NCBI GenBank assembly: GCA_963736855.1
Contig: CAVTQK010000023.1
Span: 1 to 64,000 of the forward strand
Reading direction: 5' to 3'
Length of the DNA: 64,000 bases
From: an uncultured delta proteobacterium
Lineage (GTDB): Bacteria; Desulfobacterota; Desulfobacteria; Desulfobacterales; UBA2156
Both the position numbers and the translations under genes were made by a program. The first letter of the stretch is position 1, and the number at the start of each line of letters is the position of its first letter. A model generated the notes under the pieces. It made no database searches. It had not been told where the DNA came from and saw only the letters and a program-made list of their open reading frames with translations. Shown here piece after piece: positions 9,206 through 18,977 of this stretch.

Positions 9206-9636
9206 TCGCATTGGTGACAGGGCTGCTTTTTCTCATCCCGCCGGCGGCATTCTCCCAGGAACTGCCAGGTGGAAGATGGTGGAAAGATCCCAAAGTCATC
9301 CAAAGACTCGACCTGTCAGGTCAGGAAATCAACCGACTGGAAAACGCCTATGTGGAAAGCCGGCGTCGGTTGATTCAGAGCAAAGGGGATCTGGAAGCGG
9401 AACGCTTCGAGCTGGAAACCCTGTTCGGTAAAAACAACTTCAACGAAAATTCGGCAAGGCAGCAATTTGAAAGGCTGGAACAAAAACGGGGCGCCCTTTC
9501 CCAGTCCCGCTTTCAGTTTATCTTGGAGGTCAGAAAAATCCTGGGCCCTGAACGTTTTCAGAAGCTGCTGGATTTTTACCAACAGGCGCCGTCCCAGTCT
9601 CTTCCCCCCAGGGGAAACGGAGGACGCATCCGGTAA
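9187..9636 (+). CDS. Periplasmic Spy/CpxP/ZraP-like protein
   Basis: Signal peptide, 'GRWWKDP..LDLS..EI', helical body, 'RKILGPERF'. Confidence 0.75.
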   Translation: MAKVGLIALVTGLLFLIPPAAFSQELPGGRWWKDPKVIQRLDLSGQEINRLENAYVESRRRLIQSKGDLEAERFELETLFGKNNFNENSARQQFERLEQKRGALSQSRFQFILEVRKILGPERFQKLLDFYQQAPSQSLPPRGNGGRIR

Positions 9637-9768
9637 AGTTCTATACCGGCTTCTTTCCGCATGCTTCAAGACAAGATCCCGATTCCTGCCGGTTGCCCGG
9701 CGCCTTCTCTTCTAACTTCCCGATCTCAATGTCTTGTCATAAGTGTTTGAGTTTGATAAGCAACGCCT

Positions 9769-10410
9769 ATGATAAGATATGTTTTAAATTCGCCTATCAT
9801 CCTGGCTTCCCGATCTCCTAGGAGAAACGAGTTGCTGAGACAGGCCGGATTGGACTTTTCTATTATTCCCTCTCCCGTCGAGGAAAAAGCCGAACCGAAT
9901 CCGGATTCGGCGGCATATGTTCGGTTGCTGGCGGAAGAAAAGGCTCGTTGGGTCTCAATGCGTCATCCGGAGAGCTGGATCATCGGGGCAGATACCATCG
10001 TCGTAATAGACGGGATGGTTTTGGAAAAACCGGATTCCAGACATACAGCCGAAGCCATGCTGCGTCTTCTTAGCGGAAAAACCCATATCGTCTTCACAGG
10101 GTATGCTATACGCAACGAATCTTCGAGCCGATTTTTTTCCGATACCGTTCAGACTGAAGTGACGTTTAAGCCTCTCAGCGAAATGGAAATCGCCTGGTAC
10201 GCATCCACTTCCGAGCCTTACGACAAGGCCGGTGCATACGCCATACAGGGGCTTGGAACGTTTTTGGTCCAACGGATCAATGGTTCCTATACCTGTGTGG
10301 TGGGGCTTCCGGTATGCGAGGTGATGGATGTTCTCATCAGGGAAAAGGTCATCGAAATGCCGACAAGCCCGAAATGGACTCTTCAAAACACAAAATGGAC
10401 AACCAATTAA
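9769..10410 (+). CDS. maf: Maf nucleotide pyrophosphatase
   Basis: 'ILASRSPRR', 'IGADTIV', 'DKAGAYAIQG', 'VVGLP'. Confidence 0.95.
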   Translation: MIRYVLNSPIILASRSPRRNELLRQAGLDFSIIPSPVEEKAEPNPDSAAYVRLLAEEKARWVSMRHPESWIIGADTIVVIDGMVLEKPDSRHTAEAMLRLLSGKTHIVFTGYAIRNESSSRFFSDTVQTEVTFKPLSEMEIAWYASTSEPYDKAGAYAIQGLGTFLVQRINGSYTCVVGLPVCEVMDVLIREKVIEMPTSPKWTLQNTKWTTN

Positions 10411-11087
10411 GGGAAAGAATTGAACAGGTGAAAAGACGGATCCGTGAGGCGGCCGCTCGTAACGGCCGTGACCCGGAAGCAGTCCGGCTGGTTGCGGCGA
10501 GCAAAACGGTTCCTTCTTTGTGCATTCAGGAGGCTCTTGACGCCGGGGTTGACATTTTTGGGGAAAACTATATCCAGGAAGCCCGGGGGAAAATCGAAAC
10601 CCTCAAAGATCGGCCGGTATCCTGGCATTTCATCGGGCATCTCCAATCCAACAAAGCCAAATACGCCGTCCGCCTTTTCGAGCTGATTCATACGGTGGAT
10701 AGCATCAAACTGGCCCTAGAGTTAAATCGACAAGCCGGTAAGGAAGGTAAAGTTCAAGAGGTCCTGATCCAGGTCAATATCTCCGAGGAGGCAACCAAAT
10801 CGGGCATTTCCACCGATGAGGCACACAACCTGGCAACAGCTGTCGGCGGCATGAAACATCTTCGGCTCAGGGGGTTGATGACCATGCCCCCTTTTTTCGA
10901 CCAGCCGGAACGGGCCAGACCTTTTTTTGCCGCATTAAGACAAATACGGGATCGACTCCAGGAGGATCTGAAATCCGAGACCTTCCATGAGCTTTCCATG
11001 GGAATGACGGGGGACTTCGAAGTGGCCATTGAAGAAGGAGCGACTCTGGTCCGAATCGGAACCGCTATTTTCGGACAACGCCAATGA
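10395..11087 (+). CDS. yggS: PLP homeostasis protein YggS
   Basis: 'LVAASK', 'FGENYIQE', 'WHFIGHLQSNK', 'LSMGMTGD', 'VRIGTAIFG'. Confidence 0.95.
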   Translation: MDNQLRERIEQVKRRIREAAARNGRDPEAVRLVAASKTVPSLCIQEALDAGVDIFGENYIQEARGKIETLKDRPVSWHFIGHLQSNKAKYAVRLFELIHTVDSIKLALELNRQAGKEGKVQEVLIQVNISEEATKSGISTDEAHNLATAVGGMKHLRLRGLMTMPPFFDQPERARPFFAALRQIRDRLQEDLKSETFHELSMGMTGDFEVAIEEGATLVRIGTAIFGQRQ

Positions 11088-11635
11088 AGATTCTTTTGCA
11101 CGCCTGCTGCGGTCCCTGCTCCATTTTCCCCGTCAAGATGCTGCGCTCGGAAGGCTTTGAAGTCACGGGCTTCTTTTATTCGGACAACATTCACCCTTAC
11201 ACCGAATGTCTTAAAAGACAGACCACATTGAAGGATTATGCCTCCAAAATAGATCTTCCCTTAATTTTAAAAGAAGGATATGATCTGGAAGGGTTCTTGA
11301 GGAAAATGGCCTTCAACGAATCCAATCGATGCCTCATTTGCTATCGCGAGCGACTCGGTACCATCGCAGCAGTTGCCGCAAAGAATGGTTTTGACGCTTT
11401 TTCCACGACCCTACTGTACAGCAAATTTCAGAATCACGACGCAATCCATTCCATTGGGGAAAAGATCGGTCTTGAAATCGGGGTTCCTTTTGTTTACCAC
11501 GATTTCCGCGCGGGCTGGAAAGAGGGAGTACAAACCTCAAAGCAACTGGGTATGTATCGTCAACAGTACTGCGGATGCATTTATAGCGAAAAGGAACGCT
11601 ACTTCAGTTCCCGCCGATCCGCTAATACCCGTTGA
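11084..11635 (+). CDS. queH: Epoxyqueuosine reductase QueH
   Basis: 'LLHACCGPCS', 'NIHPYTE', 'RCLICY', 'YRQQYCGCIYS'. Confidence 0.92.
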   Translation: MKILLHACCGPCSIFPVKMLRSEGFEVTGFFYSDNIHPYTECLKRQTTLKDYASKIDLPLILKEGYDLEGFLRKMAFNESNRCLICYRERLGTIAAVAAKNGFDAFSTTLLYSKFQNHDAIHSIGEKIGLEIGVPFVYHDFRAGWKEGVQTSKQLGMYRQQYCGCIYSEKERYFSSRRSANTR

Positions 11636-11747
11636 ACCACCGTATGGAAACGGCATTTACCTTTTATTTTTTGGGTATCCCGCCTTATGACGGCGTGATC
11701 CCCACTCAAGAAAAATGACCAAACTGAGATAGGAATCCGGATGGATC

Positions 11748-13583
11748 ATGTTTGCCAACTTTCTCTACTTCATCATCGCCCTGTTGATCTACGTCACCTA
11801 TCAACCCTCAAAGGAAATTCAGTTCGGTTGGTCAGAGGCCTTTTCTATTTTCCTGCTTAAAGCATTTCTATTTACTTTTTTTTCTCGGCTGCAGTTTCGA
11901 CGGATCATTGATAAATCTTTTTCTGATTCCCCTTCCGAGTTGGACCATCGATCCCAATCCGCTCTTTCCCGATTATCGGCTGCCGCCATTGCCGTTTATG
12001 CACTCGATATCTATGGCCTGAACCTGCCCTCTTTCTTTTTTGACATGACAATCTTTTCAACGGCTCCAACTCTTTTGGCATTGGGTTTTATCTTGCTTTT
12101 CATCGGCTACCTCTCCATTGTTTGGACTTTTGCAGGTCGAGTTCATAACCGGATATACGGACCCGACACGGATGGCGAATCCTATGTTTTTTCCCATGTC
12201 ATGTTTTCCATACCCGTGCTTTTTCCATGGCTCCTTCTTTCCGGCGTTTCCGATATCCTCTTTGCGTTGCCCTTTGAAACACCCAAGCGCATCCTTTCCA
12301 CCACCGGAGGCGAAATCGCCTATTTTATCTTTTTTTTGATGGGAATAGCCCTGATCGGGCCTGTCATGATCCAGAAATTTTGGAGGTGTCGCCCCTTAGC
12401 CCCCGGTTTCTTCCGCCAGCGAATCGAAGCCCTATGCGAAAGGACGGGGCTTCACTACGCCGACATCTTGAATTGGCCGATCTTCGGAGGAAGAATGATT
12501 ACAGCCGGGGTCATGGGACTGGTCCGCCGCTTCCGTTATATTCTGGTCACGCCGGCTCTTCTTCATTTCCTGGATCCTGAAGAGGTGGACGCTGTCATCG
12601 CCCATGAAATCGGCCATGTCAAAAAGAAGCACCTCCTTTTTTATCTCCTTTTTTTTATTGGATATCTGCTCCTTTCCTATGCCACCTTCGATCTAGTCGC
12701 CTATCTGATGGTTTACGCCCAGCCGGCCTATCGACTGCTGAGCCGTACAGGTATCAATCATGCCACCGTCACTTCCATTCTTTTCAGCCTATTCATGATC
12801 GCCATATTTTTAATCTATTTCCGGTATATTTTCGGTTTTTTCATGCGCAATTTCGAGCGGCAGGCCGATGTCTACATCTATGCGGTCATGGACAATGCAA
12901 AGCCTTTGATCTCTACTCTTTATAAAATCGCCCAAACCAGCGGCCAGCCGCTGAACAAGCCCAACTGGCACCATTTCAGTTTGAAAGATAGGATCGATTA
13001 TCTGAAAAAATGCGAGACGGACAGGCGGTGGATCTCAATCCAGGACCGGAAGATCCGAAAAAGCATGGTCGTCTATCTCACGGGAATCCTTGCCGTTGGG
13101 TTTGTGGGGTATCATCTGAATTACGGCCAGGCCGGAAAGCGGATCGGCACCCATTTTCTTGAAAAGATATTGGAAAGGGAAATCAAGAAATCCCCGGAAA
13201 ATCCAAAATTTTATGCCATGCTGGGCGATCTATACTACGCGGCCGACCGCTATGAGAAAGCAACACGGGCCTACGAAAAAGCGATTTCACTTATGTCGGA
13301 TGATCCCGGGGTATTAAACAATCTGGCATGGCTATATGCTACTTGTCCGGAGAAAGCTCTCAGAAATCCCCAACGGGCGGTTCTCCTGGCCCAACAGGCC
13401 CTGAGCATTGAACCTTCCCCTCACATATGGGACACGCTGGCTGAAAGCCTGTTTGTTTCAGGCGATGTGGACGGCGCGGTTTCTGCCGGGAAACAGGCGC
13501 TGACCCTGACCCGGGATAACCGGAAATACTACGAGGATCAGTTAAGCAAATTTATCGCCGCTAAAGAAATGAGGGGTAATTGA
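11748..13583 (+). CDS. M48-family membrane zinc metalloprotease with C-terminal TPRs
   Basis: HEIGH, 'FERQAD', multiple TM segments, 'LNNLAWLYAT' TPR. Confidence 0.88.
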   Translation: MFANFLYFIIALLIYVTYQPSKEIQFGWSEAFSIFLLKAFLFTFFSRLQFRRIIDKSFSDSPSELDHRSQSALSRLSAAAIAVYALDIYGLNLPSFFFDMTIFSTAPTLLALGFILLFIGYLSIVWTFAGRVHNRIYGPDTDGESYVFSHVMFSIPVLFPWLLLSGVSDILFALPFETPKRILSTTGGEIAYFIFFLMGIALIGPVMIQKFWRCRPLAPGFFRQRIEALCERTGLHYADILNWPIFGGRMITAGVMGLVRRFRYILVTPALLHFLDPEEVDAVIAHEIGHVKKKHLLFYLLFFIGYLLLSYATFDLVAYLMVYAQPAYRLLSRTGINHATVTSILFSLFMIAIFLIYFRYIFGFFMRNFERQADVYIYAVMDNAKPLISTLYKIAQTSGQPLNKPNWHHFSLKDRIDYLKKCETDRRWISIQDRKIRKSMVVYLTGILAVGFVGYHLNYGQAGKRIGTHFLEKILEREIKKSPENPKFYAMLGDLYYAADRYEKATRAYEKAISLMSDDPGVLNNLAWLYATCPEKALRNPQRAVLLAQQALSIEPSPHIWDTLAESLFVSGDVDGAVSAGKQALTLTRDNRKYYEDQLSKFIAAKEMRGN

Positions 13584-13609
13584 ATCAGAGGGAATAAACC
13601 GAAAAATGA

Positions 13610-15853
13610 TTATTCGCTGCGGCCTTTCTCAGTAAGAAGCCGGTAGATCTGGCGATCCGCATGGTTTAAGCGATTGGCCATCACCTCAAACAAATGCTTG
13701 GCGACATTGGGATGGTTCTCGATGACATCCGGGAGCTTGTCTCCGGGATATCGTTTCACGGTAGAGCGCTTGTTTGAAATAATCGTAGCGGATCGAGGGT
13801 CACCGGTAACGGCGCTCATCTCTCCAAAATATTCTCCGGGCTGCACGATCTGGGATATAACCTTGCCGCCCTTGACCACATACAGGGCACCCTTGACCAA
13901 CATGAAGAAATCTTTATCGGTGTTTCCTTCTCGGATGATCACGTCGCGGTCCTCGTATTCTTCAATGTCCGGGTTGACCAAATAATCCGGAAGAGATTCT
14001 TTGGTGATGGCGGTATTCCTGGCCACCTCTTCCACGGAGGTCACGCCTTCGCGGATCTTATTGAGGCCGACGTCGCGGAGGGTGAACATTCCCTCCCGAA
14101 CGGCGATTTTACGGAGTTGATCCTCGGGGAGATTCGCATTGATGGCCTTTTCCACATCGTCGGTCACCTCCATCAACTCATAGAGCCCTACGCGACCCTT
14201 ATATCCCGCGCCGTTACATGCCGCGCACCCTTTCGGCCTGTAGATCTTCAGATCAGGGATTTCATCCTTGGAAAAGCCCAGAGCCTCAAGCGCTTCCGCA
14301 TCTTTATTATCGACTTCCACCTTGCATTTGGGACACAGCCTCCGGATCAGGCGCTGAGACAAGACCATCGTCACCGAGGAGGCCAGCATGTAAGACGGAA
14401 TGCCGATATCCACCAGACGGCTGATGGTGGAAGGCGCATCATTGGTGTGCACCGTCGCAAAAACCAGGTGTCCGGTCATGGCCGCTTTGATGGCGATCTC
14501 TGCGGTCTCCAGGTCCCGAATTTCACCGATCATGATGACGTCCGGATCCTGGCGTAGAAAGGATCTCAACGCCGCGGCGAAGGTCAACCCGATTTTTTCC
14601 CGGACAAGGACCTGATTGATCCCCCTGAAGTTGAATTCCACCGGGTCCTCCACCGTGAGGATCTTGGTGTCTTCGGTATTCAAGGCGTTGAGGATGGAAT
14701 AAAGCGTGGTGGTTTTTCCGCTCCCGGTAGGGCCGGTGACCAGCAGCAACCCATAGGGTCTGGAGATACACCTCTGAATGGTCTTGAACGTTTCCAGCTC
14801 AAATCCCAGCCGGGTGAGATCCACGTTGAGCTGACTTCTGTCGAGGATCCGCATGACGATGCTTTCCCCGAAAAGCGTGGGGAGAATCGAGACGCGGATA
14901 TCCACGTTCTTTTTCTTTCCGATATTCATCTTGATCCGGCCGTCCTGGGGCAGGCGTCGTTCCGCGATGTCGAGGCCGGAAAGAATTTTTACCCGGGAGG
15001 TGATGGCGCTCTTGATGGTGACCGGAAGATTCATGGATCTGAAAAGAGCGCCGTCCAACCGGTATCTCACCTGCAGGGAATGCTCAAAAGGCTCGATATG
15101 GATGTCGCTGATCCCATCCGTGATGGCCTTCACGAGGATGCCGTTGACCAGCTTGATGATGGGCGCATCATTGGCCAGGAAGGCTTCTTTTTCCTCCACA
15201 TCCTCCCGAACGCTTTGCAGCTCGATTTCCCCTTCAGCCTCAGAGACCAGGGAGCCAAAGTCCTCCACGACCTTGACATCCTCCTCATCTTCATCATCTT
15301 TCGCAAGGTCGAGATACTGTTGATACTCCTCATCGCTGATTTTGTAGTGAGTCTTGAACGCCTCGAGAATCTCTTTTTCCGTACAGACGCCGATGGTTAG
15401 GTTCCTCTTGACGGCGGCCTGGAGGCTTTCCACCAGGGCGGTATCGGTGGGCTCCACCATGGCCACGCGGAGAGTCTCTTCTTTCAGAGATACGGGAAAG
15501 GCCATATGAGCCTTGGCCGTCTCGTAAGAAAGCAACTGCAAAACATCTTTTTCGGGATTCAATTGTTGTGACCGAATGGGGGGATAGTTATACGATCGGC
15601 TCAGAAGGTTGAGGATCGTGTCCTCTTCAATGTATCTTAAACGGAGCAAAATGTGACTCAGCATGCCACCGTGTTTTTGCTGATAGTCCACGGCATGCTT
15701 AAGCTGATTATGGTTGATCTGTCCTTCTTTGGACAGTATTTCACCGATTTTTGTCTTGCCTGCCCCGGACTGATCCCGCACTGTGGCCCGAAGGCTTGTA
15801 CTCTTGGCGGCATCGGTGCGAAAGGGGATGGGCTTTTTTAAGGGTCGATTCAT
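13610..15853 (-). CDS. pilB: Type IV pilus extension ATPase PilB with C-terminal cyclic-nucleotide-binding domain
   Basis: MshEN-like N-terminus, 'SDIHIEP', GPTGSGKTT, 'LRQDPD', tetracysteine motif; C-terminal 'IIREG...YFGEMS...RSATI'. Confidence 0.92.
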   Translation of the reverse strand: MNRPLKKPIPFRTDAAKSTSLRATVRDQSGAGKTKIGEILSKEGQINHNQLKHAVDYQQKHGGMLSHILLRLRYIEEDTILNLLSRSYNYPPIRSQQLNPEKDVLQLLSYETAKAHMAFPVSLKEETLRVAMVEPTDTALVESLQAAVKRNLTIGVCTEKEILEAFKTHYKISDEEYQQYLDLAKDDEDEEDVKVVEDFGSLVSEAEGEIELQSVREDVEEKEAFLANDAPIIKLVNGILVKAITDGISDIHIEPFEHSLQVRYRLDGALFRSMNLPVTIKSAITSRVKILSGLDIAERRLPQDGRIKMNIGKKKNVDIRVSILPTLFGESIVMRILDRSQLNVDLTRLGFELETFKTIQRCISRPYGLLLVTGPTGSGKTTTLYSILNALNTEDTKILTVEDPVEFNFRGINQVLVREKIGLTFAAALRSFLRQDPDVIMIGEIRDLETAEIAIKAAMTGHLVFATVHTNDAPSTISRLVDIGIPSYMLASSVTMVLSQRLIRRLCPKCKVEVDNKDAEALEALGFSKDEIPDLKIYRPKGCAACNGAGYKGRVGLYELMEVTDDVEKAINANLPEDQLRKIAVREGMFTLRDVGLNKIREGVTSVEEVARNTAITKESLPDYLVNPDIEEYEDRDVIIREGNTDKDFFMLVKGALYVVKGGKVISQIVQPGEYFGEMSAVTGDPRSATIISNKRSTVKRYPGDKLPDVIENHPNVAKHLFEVMANRLNHADRQIYRLLTEKGRSE

Positions 15854-15913
15854 TGCCGAGTTGTTTGACTCCTTTTAAATATTCACATAATATTTATTTT
15901 ATCTTGCTTATAA

Positions 15914-16156
15914 TCAGATTTCAATTTCCGGATCTCTTTTTTTAAAAAGGTGGTGATAAATTTTTTTGGACCCTCCCCCGATGAGAATGATACCGATGAA
16001 GTAAAAACAAAAACGAATGAATACCCCGGCACCTGAAAACACCTCTATTTTTTCGATTTGCGGCATCACCTGGGGGATCCTGAAAAAGACTCCGACTCCT
16101 GCAGCCACCAGCAAAATCCCCCACACCAATTGTAGCGCTGACCGGTTGTCAGTCAT
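15914..16156 (-). CDS. Small two-TM membrane protein
   Basis: 80-aa ORF with two hydrophobic segments, co-oriented upstream of pilB. Confidence 0.65.
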   Translation of the reverse strand: MTDNRSALQLVWGILLVAAGVGVFFRIPQVMPQIEKIEVFSGAGVFIRFCFYFIGIILIGGGSKKIYHHLFKKRDPEIEI

Positions 16157-16352
16157 ATCAAAAGATTAAAAAATGGCGCGGTCGGTTTTGAAGCGTAAGG
16201 TTCCCTTTGGATTGATGTCCATGGCTTTTTATATTTATCACATTTCCATGCATATGCAACCATTTTTTATGCTGTTGAACGACACATCGGTTTCAAGATT
16301 GTCGTTAAACCGGCTTCTTAACAACCGATAAATCGATAGGATCAAAAGATTC

Positions 16353-17144
16353 TTAATCCCTGATACCCCCATTGAACCGGGCTTTACGCTTTTCCAGAAA
16401 AGCCGAGGTTCCTTCCTTAGCGTCCGGGCTTGCCATGCAAAGGGCGAACGCATCCACCTCGATCCGGCAACCGGTGGCAAGATCGACGTTCATTCCGCCA
16501 TTGATCGCCTCTTTTGCCTCCCGCAAGGCAACACGTCCCTTAGAAGCGATGATCGAAGCGGTTTTCATCACTTCATCCATCAGCTCGGATCTGGGGATAA
16601 CCTTGTTGACAAGCCCCATCCCCATGGCCTCGGAGGCATTAACCATCGCCCCCGTGAAAATTAATTCTTTAGCCCGACCGATGTTGATTCTCCTGGGAAG
16701 TCGTTGGGTTCCACCAAATCCGGGGATCAGCCCCAGATTGATCTCCGGCTGTCCGAACAGGGCAGTATCGGAGGCATAAATAAAGTCGCAGGCCATAGCA
16801 ATCTCCGCGCCTCCCCCCAGTGCGAATCCGTTCACCGCCGCAATCACAGGGATGGGTAGTTCCTGCAATCGATTGATGATGTCTTGGCTCCTCTTGGCAA
16901 AGTGCTTGGTTTGAAGCGGGGTCAGCGTGGCCAGTTCGGAAATGTCGGCCCCGGCGACAAAAGCCTTCTCTCCGCTCCCGGTCAGTACCAGTAACCGGAT
17001 TGCTTCATCTTCGGCAATCCGATCCAGCGCATGGGAAAGCTCCTTTAAAAGCGCACTGTTTAGAGCATTGAGCACCTTGGGCCGATTGAATATGATCATT
17101 GCAACGGGACCTTTTTTCTCGAAAAGGATGTGGGTATAATCCAT
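16353..17144 (-). CDS. Enoyl-CoA hydratase/crotonase
   Basis: 'NRPKVLNAL', 'FVAGADI', 'NGFALGGGAE', 'PEINLGLIPGFGGTQRL'. Confidence 0.93.
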   Translation of the reverse strand: MDYTHILFEKKGPVAMIIFNRPKVLNALNSALLKELSHALDRIAEDEAIRLLVLTGSGEKAFVAGADISELATLTPLQTKHFAKRSQDIINRLQELPIPVIAAVNGFALGGGAEIAMACDFIYASDTALFGQPEINLGLIPGFGGTQRLPRRINIGRAKELIFTGAMVNASEAMGMGLVNKVIPRSELMDEVMKTASIIASKGRVALREAKEAINGGMNVDLATGCRIEVDAFALCMASPDAKEGTSAFLEKRKARFNGGIRD

Positions 17145-17245
17145 GACTTTTCCTCCATTCATTAAATCATTTCCGGCAATTCGATGGTTAGGTGTTTATG
17201 AATCCATCATAGATATAATCAATGACAAATGCCTCTGATTTTTAG

Positions 17246-18976
17246 TCATCCCGGATGAAAAAGATGATCAAGGGTCGCCAGAGCACTCCTGCTGTTCCCG
17301 ATCTGTGCTATGGGATGTGTTTCCTTGATGTACCGATCGATGCCTTCAATAATCGTATCGCACATGCGATCCTGATATACCGGGTCCATGAGCCGACTAC
17401 AATCCCTCGCGTTGCTGATAAAAGAGGTTTCAATCAATATGGCGGGCATTTGGGCTCCCAGCAACACATAAAACGGTGCCTGTTTCACCCCTTTATCCCG
17501 GATTCTGGTGTATTTTTTTTCCATGCCTCCCACCAGGGACTGTTGGACCAGACCCGCCAACCGGCTCGATTCATTGACCTTGGCATTTTGCATCAGGTCA
17601 AAAAGGATCTTTTGCAAATCGCTGATGTTTTTCGTAGAGGTGGCATTCTCCCGGGCAGCAACCATAATTGCATCTTCGTCGGTTGCCAGGTTTAAGAAAT
17701 ATGTCTCTAAACCATATGCCCGATGATCCCTCGACGCATTGGTGTGAATGGAGACGAATAGATCGGCATTTTTTGTATTGGCGATGGCAGTTCGTTCTTC
17801 CAGTGTGAGGTAATGATCCCTGTCACGGGTGAGCACTACCTCCAATTTGAGCTTTTTTTGAACCTTTTCTGCGAGTCTTCTTGCAATGCTCAGCACGATG
17901 TCTTTTTCATGGACTCCTTGCATGTATCCCGGTGCTCCGAAATCTTTCCCACCGTGCCCTGGATCGATGATGATCCTCCTGACCCCCAGAGCCAGTTGTC
18001 TGGCCAGTGATCCCTTCGGGATTGACAAATCCCGCATCGGGCCTTCGGGAGTTTTCCCTTGAGCCTCTCGAGAGGACTCACCCCAGATATCGATGACAAT
18101 CCGGAAAGGATTTTTCAAGGAAAAGATCTTATAGCTTTCAAAGGACTTGATATCGAGCACGACTCTGACCGAATCGGGTTGATACTGACCGGCCCGGACC
18201 TCGCTGAGAAGGTCGTCATTGATGGGAATTATCGTATTGATATCTTTTTCCAGCCGGGAATGCCTCAGATCCACGTAGAGCCTGGGGAACTTTTTCTGTG
18301 ATGGATCCATCTTCAGCAAATTAAAGGTATAGTCCACCTCTCCGGCGGCATTGACTACGACACGGGTATAAGTGGGGTTGGACCAGTGCCGGATGTCGCT
18401 GATAGTGACCAGACCCGAATCCTCCGCCCCCTTACGGATTTGCTCTTCAGCCCCCCTGACAGGATCGTAAGTCTTAGGCAATGTCAGCTGTTTTTGGATG
18501 GAATCTCCAGCTGTTAGCGCCTCGACGGCCTGGACGGCTTTTTTGGAATAAGCGCTGTCTGGAAAGCGCTTTATGAGGCGTTGGTAGATATCCAACGCTT
18601 CCCGGCGGTCCGAAGACTTTCCGGAGCGTTTATAAAGCTTCTCGTAAAGGTGTGCCGCCTGAAATAATCCCGCTGCCGCCCAGGTCCCCGAGGGATCGTC
18701 CTGATAAACGGCATTAAATTTCTCGATACAGGATATCCAGTTGTGCCGAAACTGCTGTTTTTTAGAATTTTCCATCAAACGCTGCCGGCAGGTTTCGGCG
18801 AGATGAAACTTCTCTTTTGCATCCATGGCCGTTGCTGAGCCTGGTATCGTCAAACAGACCAGGAAAAGTGCGATCAGCCTGAGGATTCGATGGGTGTTTT
18901 CGGCCTGAAACAAACGGGATCCTGGACAGTTCATATTTTTCATTAAAAAAATGGTACAAAACAGGGGCCGGCACAC
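17246..18976 (-). CDS. N-acetylmuramoyl-L-alanine amidase (TPR + AMIN + Amidase_3); start uncertain
   Basis: 'IDPGHGGKD', 'FVSIHTNA', 'VKQAPFYVL', 'PAILIETSFISN'. Confidence 0.92.
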   Translation of the reverse strand: MCRPLFCTIFLMKNMNCPGSRLFQAENTHRILRLIALFLVCLTIPGSATAMDAKEKFHLAETCRQRLMENSKKQQFRHNWISCIEKFNAVYQDDPSGTWAAAGLFQAAHLYEKLYKRSGKSSDRREALDIYQRLIKRFPDSAYSKKAVQAVEALTAGDSIQKQLTLPKTYDPVRGAEEQIRKGAEDSGLVTISDIRHWSNPTYTRVVVNAAGEVDYTFNLLKMDPSQKKFPRLYVDLRHSRLEKDINTIIPINDDLLSEVRAGQYQPDSVRVVLDIKSFESYKIFSLKNPFRIVIDIWGESSREAQGKTPEGPMRDLSIPKGSLARQLALGVRRIIIDPGHGGKDFGAPGYMQGVHEKDIVLSIARRLAEKVQKKLKLEVVLTRDRDHYLTLEERTAIANTKNADLFVSIHTNASRDHRAYGLETYFLNLATDEDAIMVAARENATSTKNISDLQKILFDLMQNAKVNESSRLAGLVQQSLVGGMEKKYTRIRDKGVKQAPFYVLLGAQMPAILIETSFISNARDCSRLMDPVYQDRMCDTIIEGIDRYIKETHPIAQIGNSRSALATLDHLFHPG

Positions 18977-18977
18977 G

